DNA from: Betaproteobacteria bacterium
Lineage (GTDB): Bacteria; Pseudomonadota; Gammaproteobacteria; Burkholderiales; CAIKXV01
NCBI GenBank assembly: GCA_947458835.1
Contig: CANHBC010000002.1
Location: forward strand, 1 to 56,984
Direction: 5' to 3'
Length of the DNA stretch: 56,984 nt
Shown: piece by piece, positions 25,317 to 33,227 of the stretch
Layout: each line of letters starts with the position of its first letter
How positions within the stretch are numbered: position 1 is the stretch's first letter
Notes under the pieces: generated by a model
The model's database searches: none
Told to the model about the DNA's origin: nothing
Seen by the model: the letters and a program-made list of their open reading frames with translations, nothing else
Translations under genes and position numbers: made by a program

Positions 25317-26948
25317 TCAGAGCGCCTCGGAGAACAACGCGTCGTAGGCCCCGCCGGGGATGACCGTCGCGCGCAGCAGCAGCACCACCTCGCGCGCGAC
25401 GGTACGCTGGTTTCGCCTGCTGAGGATGTCACCGGCCACCGGGGTGTCGACGAGCCCCGGTACGCCGGCGCGGGTCTCGTCGCCGACCGAACTGCGTATG
25501 CCGCCGAAGATCAATGTATTGCCGGATCGTGCAACCACCTGCATCAGCGACTGGTTCGTCCGCTGGACCGGTGCGGTGACCCGCGAACCTGCGCCGATCT
25601 CGAAGGTCTGGAACTCCTGCACGCGGTTGAGCACTGGAACGATCGTGAGCTGTACCTCGGTGTCGGACAGGATGTCCGGTTGCAGCGAGAGCGTCACGCC
25701 GTCGACCGCAAAGGCCGCTGCAGCGCTGGTCGTCGTGGTGCCACCCGCAGCACCTGCAACGATGGTGGACGCCACGGTCGGCACATACGGAATCTGCTGG
25801 CCATCGAATATCACCGATGGCGTATTGTTCATCGCGAGCACTCTCGGCTGCGAGATGACGCGCACGTTGGTGTACTGCTGCAGGGCGCGCAAGACCACGG
25901 ATATCGACCCGCGCGTCACGTTGGCGCTGGCCGCGGGGCTGAAGCCAGGCACCGAGATCGCACTGGCACCGAGCAGGGAAACCGTTCCGGTGGACGTCCC
26001 CGAAAGCACGCGCGTCCAGTCGATCCCGTAGCGGAACTCGTCGGTCAGCGTGACCTCGACGATCGAAGCTTCGATGTCCACCCTGCGCATCGCTACGGCA
26101 GAGAACCGGTTCAGGAACTGAGACACCCGCCCCAGCGCAGCGCCGTTCGATCGCACCGTGATGAACCCCATCTCCGGCATCACCTGGACCTCTGCGTTCG
26201 CACCGGCGAGGTCGCGCAGGAACTGCGTAAGGCCAGCCGCATCGGTCTGGAAGCGCCCGGTCACCGTGAACTGCGCCAGCACACCCGAACTGGACGGCGA
26301 CGCACCTTGGGCAGTGGCTCCAGATGCTCCGCCGCCAAAACCACTGGCTGCGCCACCGGCGACCGAGGATGCACTGCCACCGCCTTGCACGGTGGGCGAA
26401 CCACCGACCGAGTACTGTGCGGAGAGCCGCTGCATTACGTGCAACGGAAGCCGGAACGTGTAGGACGCGGTATCGGCCACGGTCACTGTACGGCTCGTCC
26501 GGTCGATCACGAGCGCGAAACCCGCCGCAAGCGCCAGGCGGCGCATCGCCGCCTCCGGCGTCAGGTCGCGCAGGTCGACGGTGACCGGGCGGTTAACCTG
26601 CACGCCTTCCATGAACAGCACGCTGTACTGGTGGTCGCGGGCCACGTTGGAGAGCAGCGCACCGAACGACACGCCCGAGGCGGCCACCGAGACATCTCCC
26701 GCCTCGGGCGTGGCGACCACCGCACGCACGCGAATGGGATCCTCCGGTCGCTCCGTCAGAACCTCCCGTGCCTCCGACTGAGGCTCGAGCGCGGCCGCGA
26801 CCATCCGGCGCGATTCGGCCGAGGCTTCGGCCCGGCGCTGCGGAAACGGACTGGCGCAGCCCGCGAGCAGCGAAACGACCGCAAGTGCGGCCAATGCGCG
26901 CATGGGTCCGTTTGTCTTCAGATCATGCATCCGTCGTGGGTAGCTCAT
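25317..26948 (-). CDS. secretin lipoprotein (R64 PilN-type type IVb pilus secretin)
   Basis: Lipobox VVSLLAGC. Secretin C-domain RVISQPRVLAMNNTPSVIFDGQQIPYV...GVPGLVDTPVAGDILSRR...LLLRATV. The start is one of the ATGs at 26948, 26930 or 26903. The track start at 27056 would overlap the upstream gene. Confidence 0.85.
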   Translation of the reverse strand: MSYPRRMHDLKTNGPMRALAALAVVSLLAGCASPFPQRRAEASAESRRMVAAALEPQSEAREVLTERPEDPIRVRAVVATPEAGDVSVAASGVSFGALLSNVARDHQYSVLFMEGVQVNRPVTVDLRDLTPEAAMRRLALAAGFALVIDRTSRTVTVADTASYTFRLPLHVMQRLSAQYSVGGSPTVQGGGSASSVAGGAASGFGGGASGATAQGASPSSSGVLAQFTVTGRFQTDAAGLTQFLRDLAGANAEVQVMPEMGFITVRSNGAALGRVSQFLNRFSAVAMRRVDIEASIVEVTLTDEFRYGIDWTRVLSGTSTGTVSLLGASAISVPGFSPAASANVTRGSISVVLRALQQYTNVRVISQPRVLAMNNTPSVIFDGQQIPYVPTVASTIVAGAAGGTTTTSAAAAFAVDGVTLSLQPDILSDTEVQLTIVPVLNRVQEFQTFEIGAGSRVTAPVQRTNQSLMQVVARSGNTLIFGGIRSSVGDETRAGVPGLVDTPVAGDILSRRNQRTVAREVVLLLRATVIPGGAYDALFSEAL

Positions 26949-26955
26949 GTCCGCC

Positions 26956-28134
26956 TCATCGCGCCTGTTCAACCACCAGCAACCGGCCGCCGTGCATCTC
27001 GCCGCGCAGCCCCAGCCGCGCAAGCGCACGGCGCAGCACCTCGCGCAGGTCTTCACCGTCCACCTCGGCGAAGGCTTCCACCATGAGCAGGGGCACGGAC
27101 CGGAACTCGACCTCCACTCCGTGCGGCTTCAGGTAATCGCGCAGGGTCGCCTGTACGCTGCGGTTCGGCAGAAATGAAAGGCGCTTGTCCGGCGTCGCGG
27201 CTGCAGCAACGTGCTGCGTCGGTCTATGGACCTTCGATGCCTCAGCCTCAAGACCGACCGCCAGCGGGGTATTGCGCCATGCATCGTCCTGCGCCCTGGC
27301 GCGGTCAGATCCGGGCTCCGCCTGCTCGGTCGGGGCTGGGGATGCGGCATCTGCAATGGCCGCCGGCGGGCAGGGCGCTGTCTCGCGCAGCGCCACCACG
27401 TGTACGACCGGGGCCGCTGGCGGCTGCACCTGCTCGATGATCGATCCGGGTTCGACGCCTGACGCCACGAGCAGTTCCCTGAGGCGTGCCGCGCGAAGGC
27501 GCGTGATCGGTGAGTCGGCGCGAGCCGCCTGGGAGAGGATCGTGACCGTGCTGGCCCCGCGGGCGATCGCCACCATGCGCGCGAGGTAGTCCACGCCACC
27601 AGGCTCGGTCTGCAGCACGCCGGTTCCGAAGGGTATGGTCACACGCTGCGTCCCGGTCGTGGGAGCCACGCAGGTATCCGGGATCGCTGCGCGCCGAACC
27701 GGTCCGACATACTCGATGACCGTCCGGGCACTGCTTTCAGCAGAGGTCACGAGCTCGAATCGGCCAGGCAGACCACGGACGACCAGGTACGGTCTCTGCA
27801 CCTGGAAGGTTCCATTTACCACCCTGAGCGAAGACAGCAACGCCGGATCGGAAGGCTGAAGGAACACATATCGGCCATTGTCGAAAACGATTCCCATGGA
27901 CGGCCCATCCCCGTGTACGCGGTAGGCGAAGTCCAGGGGTGCGGTTCGCATGCCGATTTCGGTAGCACTCTCGACCGGTACTGCAGCGCCCCCTGCGCCT
28001 GCATGAACCGCACAGGCACGTCCCGACAGCGCGAGCGCAGCGGCGAGGAGGCCGGCGGCGATGACGACGCCCCCACGCCCAGGCGCTATGAACGACCTCG
28101 ATACCGAACATGGAATCTCAATCATTTTGATCAT
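26956..28134 (-). CDS. multidomain periplasmic protein: VirB9-C-like domain + OmpA-like domain + TcpQ/PilL (STN-like) C-terminal domain
   Basis: Signal peptide. aa 66-140, LDFAYRVHGDGPSMGIVFDNGRYVFLQ...YLVVRGLPGRFELV, parallels the VirB9-like C-terminus in this operon (LNFDYRISGRAPFRPVQVLDDGRFTYLQ...FVVVQRLADRFLLRLG). OmpA-like RVTIPFGTGVLQ...ITRLRAARLRELLVASGVEPGSI. C-terminus ATLRDYLKPHGVEVEF...DLREVLRRALARLGL. Confidence 0.55.
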   Translation of the reverse strand: MIKMIEIPCSVSRSFIAPGRGGVVIAAGLLAAALALSGRACAVHAGAGGAAVPVESATEIGMRTAPLDFAYRVHGDGPSMGIVFDNGRYVFLQPSDPALLSSLRVVNGTFQVQRPYLVVRGLPGRFELVTSAESSARTVIEYVGPVRRAAIPDTCVAPTTGTQRVTIPFGTGVLQTEPGGVDYLARMVAIARGASTVTILSQAARADSPITRLRAARLRELLVASGVEPGSIIEQVQPPAAPVVHVVALRETAPCPPAAIADAASPAPTEQAEPGSDRARAQDDAWRNTPLAVGLEAEASKVHRPTQHVAAAATPDKRLSFLPNRSVQATLRDYLKPHGVEVEFRSVPLLMVEAFAEVDGEDLREVLRRALARLGLRGEMHGGRLLVVEQAR

Positions 28135-28142
28135 TCAGATTA

Positions 28143-29519
28143 TTACTGGGCGAGAATTTTTTCTATCGTGCCAGTCTCGGGCCGAACGATCAAGAAGGTT
28201 CGCTGGACGGTGAGCGAGAACCGGTGGCCTTGCCCGATGAGCAACGTGGGCGAAATGTTTCGCGAACGACCCAGTATGGTGCGCGAGGTTTCGACCAGAA
28301 CCGAACCGGCTGCGGACGAGACAGCCGACCCGCTGGCGCCGCCTGCGCCAGGCACGACGACCACGGTCGGGGGCTGGGATTCCCGCCGTTGTACGAGCGA
28401 AGCGAGCGCCGCGATGACGAAGCTCGAGCCGAACATCGTCCAGAAATGGCGATCCACGCGGTCGTTCAACCCGCTGCGTCCCTGCGCGTCGGTCGCCTGC
28501 GTCCCGAGCAGGTCGAGACTGGCTCCATCGGGCAGGATCAGTCGCCGGAACGCAGCCAGGACACGTTCCTGGCCGGGACGTACGTCGGCGCTGTAATCGC
28601 CGACCAGGCGTGAACCCATTGGAATCAGCAGGTGGGTTCCATGCACCGAGTCCCAGATATCCTGCGTGACCTGAGCCACCAGCGTGCCGGGCAGGTCGCT
28701 GTTGACCTCCGTGAGCAGCACGGCCGGGATCACCGTCCCTTCCAGCACGACAGGTCCGCGCAGCGCCGGACGCAGGGCAACGGGTAGCCCGCCGTCACCG
28801 GCGCCGCGCGTACGTGCCTGCTCCAGCCAGGCAACGTCGGTTCGTCCATCAGCCGGCGGCATTGCGAACGGCACCACAGGCGCCACTGCGGGCGCCGCAT
28901 GCCCGGTAGCCAGACCCGTCTCTCGGATAACGGCCGTGAGCCCGGCTGCCGACGAGGCGATGGCCGCGGAGGCCGAGACGCCCCCGCCTCCGGCGCCGAG
29001 GGCGAGCAGCGGACTGGAGCGCGCTTCGGCGAGGCGTCGCTCCTGCTCCGCTGCCAGCTGTTCCTGGCGGGAGGGTCGTGGGTCATTGCCCGACGGCGAA
29101 CCACGGACAGTGACCACGCCGTCAGGCGCCCTGAAACCCGGAAAGGGCAGCGACTCGGGCAAGGGCGGCCGCGCCGGCGCAGCGGGCAGGGGCGGCAGGG
29201 GGGGCAGGGCAGCAGTCGGCCCGGCCACCCGCGTCTGGTCGTCGATCGTGCGGTCCAGGGCATTGGTCGTCTCCGGCGGACGGACCGATGAGCCAGACGC
29301 AGCGGCCTTAGCGGCACCGGCATTTGCAGCGTTCGACGGTGGCGTGTCGCGCGCCTGCCACGCGAGCATCGGCAGTGCGATGACCAGCAGACCGCCGCCG
29401 ACCCACCAGTGAAGGTCTCTGCGCTGCGCAGGCCTGCGATCCGCCTGCAACGGGTCGGCATCGACCAGCGAGTCGATCCCGAACGCCGTCGTGGTACGCC
29501 CACCGCCTGTGTCACTCAT
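28143..29519 (-). CDS. virB10: VirB10/TrbI-family type IV secretion core protein
   Basis: Cytoplasmic N-terminus, TM WWVGGGLLVIALPMLAW and a Pro-rich linker (PPLPPLPAAPARPPLPESLP). TrbI-like C-domain GTLVAQVTQDIWDSVHGTHLLIPMGSRLVGDY...LNDRVDRHFWTMFGSSFVIA. ATGA overlap with the virB9-like gene. Confidence 0.85.
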   Translation of the reverse strand: MSDTGGGRTTTAFGIDSLVDADPLQADRRPAQRRDLHWWVGGGLLVIALPMLAWQARDTPPSNAANAGAAKAAASGSSVRPPETTNALDRTIDDQTRVAGPTAALPPLPPLPAAPARPPLPESLPFPGFRAPDGVVTVRGSPSGNDPRPSRQEQLAAEQERRLAEARSSPLLALGAGGGGVSASAAIASSAAGLTAVIRETGLATGHAAPAVAPVVPFAMPPADGRTDVAWLEQARTRGAGDGGLPVALRPALRGPVVLEGTVIPAVLLTEVNSDLPGTLVAQVTQDIWDSVHGTHLLIPMGSRLVGDYSADVRPGQERVLAAFRRLILPDGASLDLLGTQATDAQGRSGLNDRVDRHFWTMFGSSFVIAALASLVQRRESQPPTVVVVPGAGGASGSAVSSAAGSVLVETSRTILGRSRNISPTLLIGQGHRFSLTVQRTFLIVRPETGTIEKILAQ

Positions 29520-30373
29520 TGGGACGCCTCTTCAGCTCCCGGACCGATGGCTCGTCCACGACTGTCGACCTCGGCGGGGGGCAACTGCGTCCGCTCCACT
29601 ACCACCTGCGCCCGCCCCAGGCGCAGCAGGAAGCGGTCGGCCAGCCTCTGGACGACCACGAAACGGCCGCGCACCAGGTAGTTGACCCGTTCGCCTTCAC
29701 CGGTCTCGCCGCCCGCGAAGAACGCGGGCAGTTCCTGCAGCCCGACCGGCATCTGCAGGTAGGTGAAGCGCCCGTCGTCGAGCACCTGCACGGGGCGGAA
29801 CGGAGCCCGGCCGCTGATCCGGTAGTCGAAGTTGAGCCGATCGATGCGCGGCACGTCCGTAGCGGGACGCTCGCGCGGCGGCGACACCGCAGGCGGGGGT
29901 GGGGGCGCATCCCGACCCGGTGGCTCGCCGCGCGGCACGATCAGCCCTGGATGAGACCAGCTGACGCGCTGGTACCAGGCGCCCCCTTCCGGCGAACTGC
30001 GCAGCCCAAGCTGGTAGGTGCGCCGGTTCGTCACGAGGGTGCCGCTGGTGTAGAGATCCGCGCGCAGCGGCTTCAGGAAAACGTTCGGACCCTTGTCCTG
30101 CACCAGCCATTGCACGGTATCGCCCAGTGCGAACGCCACGACCGACTCGTCTGGCTCCAGCGCGATGTGCGTGACCGCACCCGGCCGGGTCAGCAGCAGG
30201 TACGACTCGTTCGGGTCGTAGCGGAACACGACCAACCGGGTGTCCTGGGGCATCGCGATGGGTGGCTGCCGGGCGCTTGCAGCCCCGCCGCTTGCCAGCG
30301 TGGCAAGCGGCGCCAGGACCGCTGCGATGCACACCGCTGCGCGGAGCACCGGCGCCACAAGCCAGTGCCTCAA
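29516..30373 (-). CDS. virB9: VirB9/TrbG (CagX-family) type IV secretion core protein
   Basis: Signal peptide. N-domain RLVVFRYDPNESYLLLTRPGAVTHIAL...TNRRTYQLGLR. C-domain NFDYRISGRAPFRPVQVLDDGRFTYLQMP...LPAFFA...RVNYLVRGRFVVVQRLADRFLLRLG. The TTG (or nearby GTG) start overlaps the virB8-like stop. Confidence 0.85.
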   Translation of the reverse strand: MRHWLVAPVLRAAVCIAAVLAPLATLASGGAASARQPPIAMPQDTRLVVFRYDPNESYLLLTRPGAVTHIALEPDESVVAFALGDTVQWLVQDKGPNVFLKPLRADLYTSGTLVTNRRTYQLGLRSSPEGGAWYQRVSWSHPGLIVPRGEPPGRDAPPPPPAVSPPRERPATDVPRIDRLNFDYRISGRAPFRPVQVLDDGRFTYLQMPVGLQELPAFFAGGETGEGERVNYLVRGRFVVVQRLADRFLLRLGRAQVVVERTQLPPAEVDSRGRAIGPGAEEASQ

Positions 30374-31062
30374 GACAGTTCCTCCGCCACGTTGAAGCGG
30401 GTCACATAGAGGCCGATCGGGTTCTGGATGATCTCGGCCTCGGTCTTCGGCGGCACGATCGCGTAGTGCACCGTGACCTGCAACGTCTTCGACTGCACGG
30501 CTGCGCCGAGCGAGCGGGTCTCGGCGCGCACGCGTACCTGCATCACCGTTTCGTCGAGCGGTGCGACCGTGACGATGGCCACCGACCGACTGAGCCCCGG
30601 GTCCTTGCGCAACCGCTCGATGGGCCGGTCAGCCTTCATCCAGTCGAGCATCTGCTGGGTGGCCAGGCCGGAGGTCATCCGGTAGGCCTCTGCGAGCTGG
30701 CGCTCGGTGAGGTAAGGATCCACCGTCAGCAACTGCTGAACCCAGCGCGAGACGAAGTAGGTGCGCTCGGCGCGGCCCGGCCGGTAGCGCTGCGCAGCGG
30801 CCCGGTCGGCGATCGCCAGGCCGTTGTCGGCCACCTTCACCACGTACGGCTCGACGGTCTTGAGCGGCAGCAGCACGACCAGCGCGATGCATGCAGCCAG
30901 CAACGCGAGCGTGGTCAGCACCCACCCGACGAACAGCCGGTTGCGGTCGACCACCGCGCAGCCGTAGCGCTCGAACCACTCGACCCGCGCCCGTTCGTAG
31001 GCATTGAGCGGTGCCGAGGACGCCGGCACGCTGGTGCGCCGGCGCAGGAGGGCCTTCCACAT
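30370..31062 (-). CDS. virB8: VirB8-family type IV secretion protein
   Basis: 230 aa. N-terminal cytoplasmic segment, one TM (FVGWVLTTLALLAACIALVVLLPL) and a periplasmic domain ending ...HYAIVPPKTEAEIIQNPIGLYVTRFNV, which matches the characteristic NPlGl.Vt.y tail. Confidence 0.85.
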   Translation of the reverse strand: MWKALLRRRTSVPASSAPLNAYERARVEWFERYGCAVVDRNRLFVGWVLTTLALLAACIALVVLLPLKTVEPYVVKVADNGLAIADRAAAQRYRPGRAERTYFVSRWVQQLLTVDPYLTERQLAEAYRMTSGLATQQMLDWMKADRPIERLRKDPGLSRSVAIVTVAPLDETVMQVRVRAETRSLGAAVQSKTLQVTVHYAIVPPKTEAEIIQNPIGLYVTRFNVAEELS

Positions 31063-31168
31063 GCATCACCCCGCTGGAATCGCGCCGCGGACTGCGGCGA
31101 CGAGGTGATGATGGAAGGGACGGTGCCGCGGGTCGCTCGGCGGAACCGGCCCCTCCGGGGCGAAACCG

Positions 31169-32224
31169 TTACTCCGGCTTGATGCCCGCCGCCTTCACCG
31201 TCTTCTGCGCACCAGCCAGGTCAGCCTTCATGCGCGTGCCCAGCGCCTCGGGCGTGCCGCCGAACACCTCGAGCCCGAGCTGCGAGAAGCGCTCGCGGGT
31301 GGACGGCTGCGCGAGGTAGCCGTTCACCACGGTGTTGATCCGGTCGACGATCGGCCGCGGCAGGTTGGCCGGGCCGAGGATACCCAGCCAGATGCTGGTC
31401 TCGAATGCCGGGAACCCGACCTCGACCATGTTCGGCACGTCGGGCAGCAGCGGATGGCGCTTGGGCGAGGTGATCGCCAGCGCGCGCACCTTGCCGGCCT
31501 TGATGTTCTGCGCGGCGGTGGAGAGCTGGTCGAACATGATCGGCACGTGGCCGCCGATCACGTCCATGCCGGCGGCCGGGTTCGACTTGTACGGCACGTG
31601 GTTGAGCTTGATGCCCACCAGCGACGAGAAGTACTCGCCGGCCAGGTGTCCGGTAGAGCCGATGCCCGCGGTCGCCCAGCCGAGCTGGCCGGGCCGTGCC
31701 TTGGCGAAGGCGACCAGTTCCTTCACCGTCTTCACCGGCACCGACGGATGCACCACCAGCACCTGCGGTGCGTTCGAGGTGCCGATCACCGGAGTGAAGT
31801 CGCGGAAGATGTCGTACGGCAGCTTGGTCGTGAGCGCCGGGGCCATCGAGAACGCGCCCGAGGTGAGCAGCAGCGTGTAGCCGTCGGCGGGCTGGCGCGC
31901 GACGAACTCGGCGCCGATCGCGCCGGTCGCACCGGCGCGGACCTCGATCACCACCGGCTGGCCGAAGGCCTCCTGCATGCTCGGCGAGACCAGCCGGGCC
32001 ATGGTGTCGGCCGAGCCGCCGGCGCCGAAGTTGACGACCATGCGGATCGGCTTGGCCGGCCAGGCGGGTTGTGCCAGCGCGCTGCCCGTGGCCGCGAGCA
32101 GGCCGGTGGCAGCCACGGCGGCCGCCAGGGCGGAGGTGGATCGGTGGGCGGTCCGGCCAGGGGTGGCTACGGTGCTTCCAGTGCTGCGTGCTGCCTCGGG
32201 TTTCATGTTCGCCTTCATGGTCAT
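31169..32224 (-). CDS. Bug/TctC-family substrate-binding protein
   Basis: Signal peptide, then WPAKPIRMVVNFGAGGSADTMARLV and a family-typical C-terminus. Confidence 0.85.
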   Translation of the reverse strand: MTMKANMKPEAARSTGSTVATPGRTAHRSTSALAAAVAATGLLAATGSALAQPAWPAKPIRMVVNFGAGGSADTMARLVSPSMQEAFGQPVVIEVRAGATGAIGAEFVARQPADGYTLLLTSGAFSMAPALTTKLPYDIFRDFTPVIGTSNAPQVLVVHPSVPVKTVKELVAFAKARPGQLGWATAGIGSTGHLAGEYFSSLVGIKLNHVPYKSNPAAGMDVIGGHVPIMFDQLSTAAQNIKAGKVRALAITSPKRHPLLPDVPNMVEVGFPAFETSIWLGILGPANLPRPIVDRINTVVNGYLAQPSTRERFSQLGLEVFGGTPEALGTRMKADLAGAQKTVKAAGIKPE

Positions 32225-32237
32225 CCTGTGTTTTGCT

Positions 32238-33209
32238 TCACTCCGCCTTGATGCCTGCCGCCTTGATGGTCAGCGAAGCCCAGGCAAAATCGCGCTTCAT
32301 CTCGGCCGCGAACGCATCGGGCGACCCGCCGATGATGTCCAGGCCAAGGCCGGTGAGCCGATCACGCACGTCCGGAAGCTTCAGCGCCCGGTTGGCGTCG
32401 GCGTTGATCCGTGCCTGCACGTCCTTCTGCAGGCTGCCCGGGCCCAGCAGCCCGTGCCAGACGGTGGTCACGAAGTCCTTGTAGCCGCTCTCCACCATCG
32501 TCGGCACGTCGGGCAGGTTGGGTGCCCGGGCGGCCGAGGTCACGGCCAACGCACGAACCTTGCCTGCCCGGATGTGCGGCACGGCAGTGGAGATCTGGTC
32601 GAACATGATCGGCACGTGGCCGGCCATCACGTCGATCGAGCCCATTCCGTTCGACTTGTACGGCACGTGGATCAGCTTGAGCCCGTTGATGATGCCGAGG
32701 TTCGCCCCGGACAGGTGCGCGACCGAACCGATGCCCGAACTGGCATAGCCGAGTTCGCCCGGCCGCCTGCGGGCGAAGTCGACGAGATCCTTGACCGTCT
32801 TCGCTGGCAGCGACGGATGCACGTACAGCACCTGCGACACGGCGGTGGTCTGCACGATCGGGCTGATGTCGCGCTGCCAGTCGAACGGCAGCTTCGCGTA
32901 CAGCGCGGCGGCCGTGGACAGCGCCGAGGTAAACAGCAGCGTGTGGCCGTCGCCGGGCGCGCGGGCGACGACATCGGCGGCGATCGTGCCGGTGGCGCCG
33001 GAGCGATTCTCGACCACCACGGACTGGCCCCAGCCTTCGCCGAGCTTCAGCGCCAGCGTGCGCGCGACCGTGTCCGACGAGCCCCCGGCGCCAAAGGCGA
33101 CCACCAGCCGTACCGGGCGCTCGGGGAAGGCCTTCTGGGCCGTCGCGGGCGCGGCGACGGCCACGAGGAGGGCCGCTGCGGCCGCGCACGGCAGGGTGGT
33201 CGTGTTCAT
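32238..33209 (-). CDS. Bug/TctC-family substrate-binding protein
   Basis: Signal peptide, then FPERPVRLVVAFGAGGSSDTVARTL. Confidence 0.85.
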   Translation of the reverse strand: MNTTTLPCAAAAALLVAVAAPATAQKAFPERPVRLVVAFGAGGSSDTVARTLALKLGEGWGQSVVVENRSGATGTIAADVVARAPGDGHTLLFTSALSTAAALYAKLPFDWQRDISPIVQTTAVSQVLYVHPSLPAKTVKDLVDFARRRPGELGYASSGIGSVAHLSGANLGIINGLKLIHVPYKSNGMGSIDVMAGHVPIMFDQISTAVPHIRAGKVRALAVTSAARAPNLPDVPTMVESGYKDFVTTVWHGLLGPGSLQKDVQARINADANRALKLPDVRDRLTGLGLDIIGGSPDAFAAEMKRDFAWASLTIKAAGIKAE

Positions 33210-33227
33210 CGGGTCAGGACTCCGCGG

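Noticed and set aside
31063-31168. 106-nt region upstream of the virB8-like gene, examined for a VirB7-like small lipoprotein ORF, att-type direct repeats matching 15054-15219, and a terminator for the upstream Bug gene.
   Set aside because: No plausible small ORF with a lipobox. No repeat shared with the other border could be found by eye. Only a weak GCCCC-GGA-GGGGC hairpin without a U-tract is present.
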